This document shows positions 37,402-49,062 of a DNA stretch of 64,000 nucleotides, piece by piece. The notes under the pieces are model-generated. The model did no database searches. It was not told the DNA's origin and saw only the letters and a program-made list of their open reading frames with translations. Location of the stretch: positions 62,001-126,000 of the forward strand of contig NGBS01001166.1 of NCBI GenBank assembly GCA_002245135.1, written 5' to 3'. Source of the stretch: Proteromonas lacertae. Its lineage: Eukaryota. The translations under genes were made by a program, and so were the position numbers. How positions within the stretch are numbered: position 1 is the stretch's first letter; every line of letters starts with the position of its first letter.

Positions 37402-38835
37402 CTATTCACTGTCAATTATACCTTCTTGACCTATCGCAAACGTAGCTTCACTTTCAGCTCTATCAGGACTATCATAGATTTTACTATTTACATCAATATA
37501 AACATATTTTTATATTTTTATATTTATATACCATATTCGATTATTACCTTTACCTTTTCGTAAGTATAATCGAGTAGTTGAAGCATGAGCTAGTATATTC
37601 CCACCAATTGGTTTCTTCGTATCAGCTACAAACATCGTATTAGCTCCAGGATCAGCTGTTACTTGATTTACAATTAAAACAGCAATATTGAATTCTTCAC
37701 ATACTATTATTCATCAATATTTATATATATTAATATATATATATATACATTTCTTTAAACTACTTAAATGTTTGTTTAGTTTTTGTTGTCTTTCAGATAA
37801 TTCACCTCGACCAGAAAAATCAACTCGAAATAAAGCAGTTATACTGTCAATTATTAATAATCGAAATGGACATTCATCTTCTACTATCTTCGCAGCTACA
37901 GCTGTTAAGATTTCCATTTGATGTTCATGAGTATAGGCTCTTGCTAATAAGATATTATCAAGGACATCATTACTATTCAAACCATATCTTTGACTGATTT
38001 CGATTATTCTTTCAGGTCGATTAAAATCAATAAATTAAATTGAAACTAATTGTTATAATATTATCATATTATCATATTATTAAAATGATATAATGTTCCT
38101 TCAGTATCAATAAATATCACTTTACCATTAGCTCCATTCATTTCTAAAGGTAATTGACTACTCACACATAATGTATGACTTAATTGAGTTTTACCACTTC
38201 GAAATTCACCAAATACTTCAGTTATACTCATCGTTTCTATTCCACCTCCTAATAAATTGTCTAATTCTTTACTTCCTGTTGTGATCTTTATTATTTTCTC
38301 TCGTTGATGTAATGATTCACTATTAATATTATATTATATAAAAACACATATTTATACTTTCCAGTTATAAACCCAAAACTCTATTAATACATCATTATAT
38401 ATAAAATATAATATATATTTAACTACTTTTAACTATTCACATATTATATATTATACAATTAGAGATAGATATACTTTCTTGCAAGCTTGAACGATCTTTT
38501 CAACTTTACCTTCACTTAATCCTTTAGTATTACATAAATCCTATTCAATACATCACACATATACAACATATATTATATACCTTCGTGGTAGCTTTACAAA
38601 TCAAACCAACTGTGTAATAACCGCCTTCTTTCAATTTTTGAATCTCACTCGCGTTGATTCCCAATTGCTAAAATCAATTTAAATACTCAGATAACAAACT
38701 TGTAAACAATCAACTGTTTGATAACTTGTTTCTTCTTCTTCACACAAATCATCAACTTCTTCAATATCATTGTCCATCCTGAAACAAATTATCAACAATA
38801 TTGTACCTCTTTCGAATTGAAACACTCAATGCCAT
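37402..38835 (-). CDS. DMC1: Meiotic recombinase DMC1
   Basis: [41 protein letters not shown], then the DMC1-type (not RAD51-type) residues [38 protein letters not shown] and KIYDSPD. Nine introns, including one non-canonical intron and a 6-nt exon. Confidence 0.9.
38021..38091 (-). other. Non-canonical 71-nt AT-AA intron in DMC1 (candidate U12/minor-spliceosome intron)
   Basis: Minus strand reads GAA GGA ACA TT|ATATCATTTT...TTTCAATTTAATTTATTGATTTTAA|T CGA CCT GAA, and removal restores DTEGTFRPER. The insert has no usable GT-AG pair, is not 3n and contains stops. Confidence 0.7.
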
Positions 38836-38952
38836 GATTTTTTAAAAATTGATCACTTTTCAATAAATGCACCAATTTTAATGTTTGAAATGATTTGATA
38901 AATATAGTCGTTTTGAGATTGGGCTTGAGTTATAACAGTTTTTTTAACGAAA

Positions 38953-40554
38953 ATGGCTAGTTTAAACCTGTGGATAACAAGAACTACTAATAGTGATAAG
39001 AAAAGATATGATTTATCTCAATCCCTATCAAAAAGACCTACAGGAAAGACACCAAAGTTTTATCTTCAAAAATCTCAAACCCTTCATGATCAGGTTGTTG
39101 AAGATGCAAATAAAATGCCTCCTATGTATATTGATTTTTATTAATGTGAAAATAGTAAATCTATGGTAAAACATCCAGTAGTTTTGCAGAAACCTCTTTT
39201 AACTTCATATTATGCTGTATTTATAAATATTAAATAAGATCACTTAATGTATAATTTATTTAGAAAACAATGTCTCAAAGTCAAACTTCACCCATAAAAA
39301 GTTATTCAGAAGAGACTAGACCAGTAACAGTACCACAATGGAATGACAAAGATCTAATTCAATCACAGTATGAATCAGAAACAATGGCTAGTCAATTCTA
39401 TACTGCTTCAAAATATGGAATAAATTTAAATCGTCCTTCAGATACAGCAAGAATAGAAAGTAAAGAAAAGGAATGGAGAATATTAAACAAATATAAAGCA
39501 AAGTTAGAAGAAGATAGAGAAAGAAGAGAACAAGCAGAAAGACGTAGAAAAATCGAAGAACAAAGACAATTCACGGAATTACAAATTGAACATCATAAAA
39601 GAATAATAGCTTCAGAATCAAATTATAAAATATCAGAAAAAGAACAAGTAGAAAGAGATGTAAAAGATTATTGGGATAATGAACGAAGAAAGAAAATAGC
39701 TGCTTGGGAATATGGTCAAAGAGTAAAACAAGAAAGAATTGAACAAATTGCATCAAAACAGAAGAGAATGGAAAGAGAAAAAGAAAAAGAAAAAATTATT
39801 GATAAAAGAATAATAAAGAAAGCATTGAAACAAGAAGAGATTGAAATTGAGAAAGAAAGATTAAAGAAAGTACAATTGAGAATAGAACAACAGAAATTGA
39901 TGAAACAGAATGAAATAGATGAAGAATTGAGGAAGACTGAAGCAGCTAAAGAAATAGAAAAAGATAAAATATTGATGAAAGAATATTCAGAGAATTTAGA
40001 TAAAGAAGATAGAGAAAGAAGAAGAAGATTTATTGAAACTTATAATAAGAAACCACCAGCTATCTATGAGGAATTATATAAGACAGAAGGTTATGAAGTT
40101 ATATTAAAGAGAGATGAAGCAAAAGCTGAGAAATATATGAAAGCCAAATTAAAGGAAGATGATAGAATTGAAAGAGAAAAACAAGAAAGACTTAGAAAAT
40201 TGAATGTATCTATAAATATATATTAATTATCCTAAATAGTATGATACACAACAAGCACAATTGATCCAAATGGCTGAAAAGAGAGTAAGAAAAGACTTGA
40301 AGAAAGTAGAAGATGATAGTGTTGGAAGACAAATATTATTAGATACACAGAATTATTATGATGAAGAGAGAAGAAAGAAAGAGTTAAAACGACAAGAAGA
40401 CTTAGCATATGGTAAGAAACTACTAAAACAAAGAGATGAAGTTAGACAGAAGTTGTATGATGAAGAATTAGGAGCAATGGATGACATGGAAAAAACATTG
40501 AATAAGACTTTATTATCTCAAGCAATGACTTATAGAAGTAAACAATATACATAA
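38953..40554 (+). CDS. E/K/R-rich long-helix protein, trichohyalin-plectin-homology type (CFAP45/CFAP53/MNS1-like)
   Basis: Charged single-helix repeats (EERRK, QMAEKR.RK) across four exons joined by short GT-AG introns. The family call rests on composition only. Confidence 0.5.
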
Positions 40555-40701
40555 GAGATTTTGTTTATAATAATAATATATTTAATGAAAATTAAACCAA
40601 TTTTTCTATATTTTGAAACACACACACACACAGTATATCTAATTTATATAATTATATATATTTCTTTTTTTTTAATGAAAACTAAAACAAATTTTATTTA
40701 T

Positions 40702-42990
40702 TCAATTATTCTCATAATAATCATTCATATCTATTTTCAATAAAATATATTCCAAATATTTAGTCATTCCAGTTTTTAATCTAGTTTTTAATATTTTCAA
40801 AAAGAACTTCAAATCTGATTTAAACTTCTTCATATTTTCATCTATCTTTTCTTTATAAAACTCATATTTCGATATTGAATCTCCATGTGTTGGTAAGATA
40901 AGCCCTTGATTTGAACCATACAAATCCTTCAAATTCAATTCAGAAAAGACATTAAACATAAACAATCTATAATTTCTAGCAAAATCTAATCCAGTTTGCA
41001 ATATAGTCTTTATTATATTCATAAATGAGTTTGTTTTACCACTTAACAATATATTAGTCATTATCCCATTTAAATATTTGTTATGTAATTCAATTATATT
41101 GGATAGATTGGTGCTTTCTTTCATGGATTTAAGCATAGTATTGTATGAGTTTGGATCTAGTATTAAATCAATCACACCGCTATAAAAACAATCAATAAAA
41201 TGCTTTATTTCACACATATTCAACTGTAATTGATGTGAATCAATATGAATTGAAACGAAATTAACATCAGCACGATAAAGATATAAGTATTTATTCCACA
41301 CTAAAATAGATTTATACAAAGAATTCATTTCATATTGCACTCTTCTTATAGTTAATAAGTATTGAAATATCATATAATACTTATTCATTATTTCATCAGT
41401 TAATATGATATTAAAAGGCCAAGGAGTTTTGTATTTTATATCTAAAGAATCTAAACAGTTTATATCATCAAAAGGCTTCACTTCTTTGGAAAGATTAATA
41501 GAAATATCAAACATTTCAATATGAAACAACTCTTTTAATCCTTTTCTACTAGATAATACTTCATCTATATAATTGTTCAAATGAATTGATAAATTCACAC
41601 TATCTTGCCATGGTTGATGAGATTTTAATAAATTGTAGACATATTTACTAAAATCATAAATATATTCTTCTTCTTTACAAAAATAAAAGTCTCTTAAACT
41701 ACTAAAATGATTTTCTAAATCATATTTCTCGAAATAAATGGTGATTAATTGATAATTAATATATTCTATTCTCTTATAAATTTGATCATTAAAACACTGT
41801 TTGAACAATATATCAAATGAATATATTCTATTATTATTATCATTATTATATATCTTAATAAATTCATCCAATATAATTGTATTGGAATGTGATATAGTGT
41901 TGTAGAAATCCTCTGTATTAGTACTTTCTATCTCTCTCATTGTATAAAGTGTATGTAATGACTCTCCTACATTATATATTGATGATATTGTGTCTATTAA
42001 AAATGAAGGAATCATTACAGTTATTATTTCATTATTATCTTCAATTATTTGTTGGTTTGATATTATATATATTGTGTTATTATCTTCATCTGTAGTTTTT
42101 TCTATGTAAAATTCATTATTTATATCTACAAATGTACCAGTGGATAACCATTGATCTAACAGCAATAAATAAGGTTTAAATGAATTGTAGAATAAAGTAT
42201 AACAAATTTTATTATAATCTGAATATTGTAAATCTAATTCTGTGTTAATGTTTTGATTTTTATATAGTTGATTCTCTAGTTGAGTCATTTCACATTCTTT
42301 ATATAATACACTATATAAGCGATAAACTATTGCTCTCAATGGATAGTGATTATCATTGATTGCTATACATTTATCAATTAATACATATAACTTATGTATT
42401 AATGATGTATATAGTGATAAATAAGATATTAAATTAATCAATGTGATTGCCACAACATCTGGTTCCTCTTCTTTGGTATTTATTAATTGAATAAAGTCAG
42501 GATTTGATATATCTCCATATTCAGTTTCATTATTCTCATCATCATATTCAATACTGTTGAATTTTTGTTCTACATCATGTACAATTGATTCTAAATCTAT
42601 TTGAATATCACGAATTGTGGATAAAAATCCTTCTAAAACACAAGATTGATAAAAATGTAAAGGACTTTCTTTGTTTTCAGGATTGATGATTGTCCTAATA
42701 GAATTTCCTTCATTTATCGTAATTAAAAATCTATTTAGTATATTTGACAATGCTTTGGGTGATATGTGAGATAAACATATTGGTTTATCACTAACTTTGA
42801 ATAAATAACTACCGTCAACTCTTTCATATATACTATCAGAAAAACCTAACATTGCAAACAATATTTCTCTAACTACATCAGATTCTGAGAAAGGACGATA
42901 AGGAACTCTAAGTGGAAATGCTTTTACAATTATATCAGTGAGATCTGTAGGATAAAATACCAATGGTACAATATCATGCTTTGCATTCAT
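40702..42990 (-). CDS. Gamma-tubulin complex component (GCP family, GCP5-like)
   Basis: Intronless 762-aa ORF. SESDVVREILFAMLG, LSHISPKALSNIL, PYLLLLDQWLSTG.F.D..NEFYI, PSFL...GESL, L..HF..LRDFYF, Y..PWPFNII...Y..IF.YLL and II..H..YL are GRIP1/GRIP2 motifs. Confidence 0.85.
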   Translation of the reverse strand: MNAKHDIVPLVFYPTDLTDIIVKAFPLRVPYRPFSESDVVREILFAMLGFSDSIYERVDGSYLFKVSDKPICLSHISPKALSNILNRFLITINEGNSIRTIINPENKESPLHFYQSCVLEGFLSTIRDIQIDLESIVHDVEQKFNSIEYDDENNETEYGDISNPDFIQLINTKEEEPDVVAITLINLISYLSLYTSLIHKLYVLIDKCIAINDNHYPLRAIVYRLYSVLYKECEMTQLENQLYKNQNINTELDLQYSDYNKICYTLFYNSFKPYLLLLDQWLSTGTFVDINNEFYIEKTTDEDNNTIYIISNQQIIEDNNEIITVMIPSFLIDTISSIYNVGESLHTLYTMREIESTNTEDFYNTISHSNTIILDEFIKIYNNDNNNRIYSFDILFKQCFNDQIYKRIEYINYQLITIYFEKYDLENHFSSLRDFYFCKEEEYIYDFSKYVYNLLKSHQPWQDSVNLSIHLNNYIDEVLSSRKGLKELFHIEMFDISINLSKEVKPFDDINCLDSLDIKYKTPWPFNIILTDEIMNKYYMIFQYLLTIRRVQYEMNSLYKSILVWNKYLYLYRADVNFVSIHIDSHQLQLNMCEIKHFIDCFYSGVIDLILDPNSYNTMLKSMKESTNLSNIIELHNKYLNGIMTNILLSGKTNSFMNIIKTILQTGLDFARNYRLFMFNVFSELNLKDLYGSNQGLILPTHGDSISKYEFYKEKIDENMKKFKSDLKFFLKILKTRLKTGMTKYLEYILLKIDMNDYYENN

Positions 42991-43065
42991 TCGTAATTTT
43001 AAATATTCAAATTAATTTTGACCAAACATGTTCGATATTTTATTTTGAAAAACAGTTGTTATATA

Positions 43066-45644
43066 ATGAGTGTGATGTCTGATGATGATAATTTAAGTTC
43101 AGAAATAGAGAAATACTTACAAAGTATTCCTATTACTTAGTATTATTTGAATAGAGCAAAGAGAAAGTTCTTCTCCTAAACAGCAGAGTCCTAAGTATTA
43201 ATGATGTGATAATATAATAGACTTGACGCTGCTCAACAAAATGTAAATATGAAAGGGCCATTATGGACAAAGATTAGCAATTCAACAAAAAAAGAAATAG
43301 AAAAAAGAAGACCTCAATCTGCCAGACCATATTTACACAATAAAGTAGTGGAAGTACATGACAAATCAAGAGTAACAGATTTTCGAATAACAAAATTCAC
43401 CAATATGTGGAATATGCCGTTTTCCACATCAACACAACAACAACAACGGCATAAAAAAGAATTGGAATTAGCTAAAGGAATACAACATCCTCGTCCAATG
43501 TATATATTCTAAATCTCATAATAATTATAGTGATACATGGGTAAATGGAACATTTGAGCAACCTCTTCCAACTACAATGAATTTAAATTCACGTGCAACA
43601 TCTAGTCCAATATTAGAGTCACAAACAAATTCAGAAATGCGAATTACAGATATTGATGATTATGATGATGATTATGAGAATAATAAAAACAATGAAAATA
43701 AAACAATAAATAAACCACAGCCACCTTCATCTAAACCCAATAGAAATAACCATTTTGTAAGACCATCAACAGCTAAAGAGAAAACAAAAGATGAATTTAT
43801 ACCAGGAAATATGGAATGGAATTGCCAATATAGATTTAAAAAGGTAGATGAAAAAAACACTAAGCCACTTTCGAAGGATGAACAAAAACAGAATATAATG
43901 AATAATATAATAGCAGAATCATATGAAATTAGTAAAGATGATTTTTCTAAGAAGTGTTTTAGTGAATATATACCCGATACAGTAATACCCAATAATCAAA
44001 GAGTTGTGATAAGATCTCCATGTGTTCCAATCGATTTGAATAATTCAAAGAATTATTTATGTTTGTATGATGAAAAGGAACACTTGTGGGAAACTATTGT
44101 ATATATATATATTTAATTATATTTTTATAGACATTTCCAGCATTGAATCCAAGTGGAAGACAAGATGTTTTGAGACTAGATGAATGGATTACTCATTCAA
44201 TTACTGAGCTACAGAAAGGATTTGATGGAATAAAGAATAAAGATATAGAAAATACAAAAGTGTTTATAGATGGAATTATAAAGATATATAATATATCATT
44301 AAATGAAATTGTTAAACAAGTATTTATAATGGTTATAATATTTATTAGATGAGAAGTGAATGCATTGAAAGAAGTGATTTATTGAATAGAATATGGGATT
44401 GTAGAAATGAAATATATGAAAAGAAGATATTATTATTGAAGAAAGAAAATAAAGAATTGAATGAAGTAATAGAAAAAGATATTGAACAAATGAAACAAAT
44501 GAATCAACAAACTGTATATAAATATAATTATTAACTTTTATCTACACTTATAGGCAGATGAATATTTACACAAAATAAACACAGAAGTAGAAGTGAATAG
44601 AAGAATAGCTGATTTGGCAAGAGAAGATGCAAAGAAATTGAGCGAATTAGCAAAACTGAGTGAAGATCGATTAGCTGAAAGGCTAAAAAGAGAACAAGAG
44701 TTGACAGAAGAAATAAAAATACTAAAAAGAGAGAAAAAGCAGTCTGAAAAGAAGTGTGATGAAATGTTAGAGAAATGTGAAAGAATACAAATACAGTGTC
44801 AACATGATTATACATTTTATGATGTATTTATTATGATTATAGTTATTTATAAATAGACTGTAAATCGTAGAAACAAAGCATATGAAATGTTTTGTGAAAA
44901 ATCAATAGCATTTGTGTCAGAAATTGATGATTTAGCATCCACACGTATAATTATAATTATAATTATCTATTATTAGAAAATCAATATAAAAATAAAAACA
45001 CCACAATGATGCAATTGAGAAGATACTTAAAACAAATAGAAATTCCAGAATCAAAGAAAGTATTTGAAACAATACAGAATCACATGGATAAAATAGCAGA
45101 AACACTCGCAGCAAAGATCAGAAAAGAATACAGTGAAATAGAAACACAAACAGACATTACACTTGAACCATTTAAACTGTATGATATATCAGAACCATCT
45201 TCTATTTCATCACTTTCACAAACATCTTCATTATTATCAACTAAACCAAGTAAATCAAAGCCAAATATTAAAACTCAAGTAAACCAACTTGCTAAGAGTA
45301 TAATTCGAAGAGGAAGTAAAGCATCCTTCACTCCAATGTCAAGAAAAGGATCTAAAGCAAATATGACGCCTTTGGGAAGAAGAGATAGTAAAGCAATATT
45401 GAAATCAATGCCAAGAACAGGAAGTAAAGCGAATATATCTGCTAATATTATGCAAAGAAGAGACAGTAGAGCAATTTTAGATTTATCAGCTAAAAAGAAA
45501 CCAATGTCACTATCTAGAAGGTTTAATTTGAGTATAGATCCAGAATCTTCTTCACAATCAGCAGTTACTCCTTTAATCACACCTTCTACTCCATATGCTG
45601 ATATGTCACAGTCATTTAATGATTCAACTTATAGTAATAAATAG
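43066..45644 (+). CDS. Axonemal dynein light chain (p28/AXDND1-like) domain protein with coiled coil and basic S/R-rich tail
   Basis: FPALNPSGRQDVLRLDEWI...IYNISLNEIVKQMRSECIERSDLLNRIW matches the Ax_dynein_light pattern (P..R.DV..L...Y...F.E..RQ....C.ERG.LL). Eight short GT-AG introns keep the frame. Confidence 0.7.
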
Positions 45645-45822
45645 TTAGATTTTGATTATTTTCTTTATATTGTGAATTAAAAAACATTATCAAAAAAAAG
45701 TCAAAACTAGGTAGAAAATTAAGGAAGACTATCTTATTAATAGCAACGAAGTATATAATCTTTAATATTACATAATTATATGTAAATAAATTAATAAATA
45801 AATATTGAATGAAAATCCTACT

Positions 45823-46704
45823 TCAAGATGATTGATTCTTTCTAAGTAAATAATATATTACACATTATACTTTGTATTATAGGGATTATGACAATTAAAA
45901 CATCCACATAAATCCGTACAAGCTACAGTTTGTCTTTTACAGGAGCAATAGGCTTTAGTGCAATTCAAATCATTTCTTTTACAATTACATCTTCCTGGAG
46001 GTGAATAAATCTATTTATAAAAAAAACAAAATTATAATAATTAAAACCTTTTTTGAAAAAGATGAATGAACTGGATTTTTACATGGACCGTATTGTGGTA
46101 TTTTACAGGTGCATTCATCACAACATGGTCTGCCCACTTGAAAGCATCGACATCTTGCATTTTGACAATGTCCTTGACAATTACATACAACAGAGGATGA
46201 TGAAGACTTTCTTTTACTCGGTATAGTAATTGTATCAGCTTCCTAAACATTTTAATTATATAATTATCATACTATTGAATGATTAGATCCAATTGAAGTT
46301 TGGGAAGAGATAGTTAATGATATAGGAGCAGTTAGATTAGAATGAAATAGACATTGACAAGGAGTCGCATCATTTTCTGATATTATTTCCAAATATCCAG
46401 GTATCATTGGCCTTTGTTTAACAATTGGGTTGGGTAAAGGTGTAAATGGTATTCCTTGAAAATTATTTGGTACAGGTAAAGGACTGAATTGGTTAGTCTG
46501 CCATAATAATTGTAATGGATTGAGATTGACCGGATTTGGGGGTGTTGGAGGTGGAATGTCATTGAAATCAAATGTAGTAGGCTCAATATTTTGATTATTA
46601 CTACAGGTCTGTACTTCGCCAAAATTATTAATGGGATTTGGAACTGCTGCTCTAGCTTCCGCATTTTCATTGAGAATATTATGATCAGGGTTAAAATTAT
46701 CCAT
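45823..46704 (-). CDS. Tandem CXC (tesmin/TSO1/LIN54-like) Cys-rich domain protein, paralog 1
   Basis: Spliced C-terminus reads CNCQGHCQNARCRCFQVGRPCCDECTC...PCKNP and CNCKRNDLNCTKAYCSCKRQTVACTDLCGCFNCHNP. Three GT-AG introns. Confidence 0.65.
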
Positions 46705-47374
46705 TTCTTGCTGTTAAAATTCCAATGGTTGATACAAAAACATAAAAATCAAATCAAATTAATTAAAACGACATAATTTTTTAATACTGATTATTGTATC
46801 TATTTATTTTTAAGGTTTAGTTAGATTTCTATGCTAAATGTGATAAGACAGACAGGAGTAAAAAGCGTTTTAGGTTATTCAGTCTATAAAGAATCATTTC
46901 AATTTATTAAAAGTTATTTTAATTGGTTGATCGCTCAAGCATTAGTTTGGTCTATAAGAAATACATTTCTTGGTTTTTCTTAATACTTTTTTATTTTTTT
47001 CTGTGTTTTTTAATTGTCAGATGTTCATGACTATTTTTGTTAATTTATAATACACTTCAAATTCACAAATATAAAACCAATCTGCAAATCTAGGAAAATA
47101 AGTTGTATACAGTGGCCAATTGTGCACTGGGTTGTACATATATTTTGACACTCCATGGTTGGTAGCAAAAGAGACGTACAGCAAATGTAAAGTAACATAG
47201 TAAAATAAAATATGTAAGCACATACATATAATAGTTTGTTTAAAATATTTATGTTCTAAACAAACATATTTTTAAACCCATTTCAACAAAATAATAAAAA
47301 AAAGAAATCAATAAACAATGTGTATATATGTAATATTTACTGTTACTTATACATTATTGTCAAAATCCAAATAT

Positions 47375-48693
47375 CTAAATAAAAACTTTCCTTAAATTGC
47401 ATGTACAACTACAGTCTTTTCCACAGTGAAGATTATTCTTTCTACAAGAACACTTCCCTTTTCTACATCCAGCTTTGGTGCATGAGCATTTTATAGTTTT
47501 TGGCTGACTCATTTTTCTCTCCCTCTTCTCTTTACCATTTTCACAAGTCTTACCTTTCAATCTACAATAACAATCACTATTACATTCTACTCCACTCTTT
47601 AAACAACTACAATTACCATTACTGCAATTACCTGATTCACATCTACAACTAACATGTACTACAGTTGCTTTCATGCTATTATTATTATTATTGTAATTAT
47701 AACCATAACCATTATTGCTGTCAATACTATCATTACTATTAACTCTAGGTAATAAAAACGGATGACGATAATATTGAGAAGTTGGAATTGTTTCATTTTT
47801 TATTCTCATTCTATTATTCACAGAAGCAGGAGGGGGTGGAGGAGGTTCTTGCTCTATTTGCTGTTGATATTGTTGATTTAGCTGTATATAATTCTCTTCT
47901 CGTGTATTTTTATTCATATGATAACGATGAAGGCCTGGTGGATGTCTTTCATAATATACTGGTGGAGGTCTAGTGGGTGATAAAGGAGGAGGAGGAGGTA
48001 TTTGTAATGGTTCTATAACTAACTGAACTGAATCATTCAGATCAGATTCAGTTGAGATTGATATTGAATTATTTGAATATATCGTGTCATCATCATCATC
48101 ATTAATTGAGTCATCCATGATAAATGAGTTTAAAGAAGGCTTTGGATATGGTATAGTTCCCGCATCATTAACACTTTTCTTGTGTACGGTTCTACATGGG
48201 TACGGACTAGTTGCAGCTGAATGAATAACTCTTTCAGTACCACTTTTTAATGTAGGACGGAACTTTAAACTGTTTGATTTGGTCATTTTATAATTTCCTG
48301 AGTTAATTGATTGTTCTGTTCTATCAAATTTAAACACTTCCTCTACCTCATCATTTTCAGCAGAATAAGGTTCTTCATATTCGGTTTCATATGGCTTAGA
48401 AACATCATTTGATTCGCCCTGAATATCATTCCGCTCAATTACAATAATTTCACCATTAAATAAATTTTCATATTTAAACCCACCAACGCCATGATTAGAG
48501 GGCGCCAATTCATTACTAGAATAAATTACAGATATAAATACTTTAATGCATGGTAATTATCTTCAGTATCACTAAATAAAGCAGTTGGTGAAAAACTACT
48601 ATCAGTTATCTCACTCTCTAAATTATCCACATTGAAGGAACTGTCATCTTGTTTTTGACCAAATGGATCATCGTCATGATTTCTGACTGACAT
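47375..48693 (-). CDS. Tandem CXC (tesmin-like) domain protein, paralog 2
   Basis: ATG at 48693, one intron. After a disordered Pro-rich region come CRCESGNCSNGNCSCLKSGVECNSDCYC...TCEN and CSCTKAGCRKGKCSCRKNNLHCGKDCSCTC. Confidence 0.65.
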
Positions 48694-49062
48694 TTATAAT
48701 ATTTTGGCGCCTAATCTAATCCAACTTTAAGTTATTTTTATATGTGGTAATTTTATTGGTTATTCATAATATTCAAAAAAGTATTGAAATACGCCTTGCT
48801 TGCAGCTGATTTTTTTAATTTAGGATGGCTGCTAATCCTGTTTATTTTGTGACGGCTTTATATCTAAACCTTTAGCTATACATGCAATGATTTTGAAATA
48901 AAAACATAACAGCTATTTTTTTATTCCATTTTGAACAACATTTATTATTTTACATACTTGAAGATAATTACATTTCATTAATTATATGTGAGTCAGAATG
49001 AAGTAACAATTGCATTACAAGAAATATATATATAATTTAACTAAATCTACATAATATTATTC

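Noticed and set aside
37402..38835. RAD51 as the identity of the recombinase
   Set aside because: Diagnostic residues ([29 protein letters not shown]) are DMC1-type rather than RAD51-type (AYN.DHQ, YRTDYSGRGEL.ARQ.HL, YDSPC).
44932..45010. Apparent break before the 45006-45644 ORF
   Set aside because: A 32-nt GT-AG intron joins it in frame to the upstream exons of the AXDND-like gene.
48780..48900. Small hairpin (AGGATGGCTGCTAATCCT) as a possible snRNA
   Set aside because: No recognisable U1/U2/U4/U5/U6 or U11/U12/U6atac signature, and the stem is too short to support a call.
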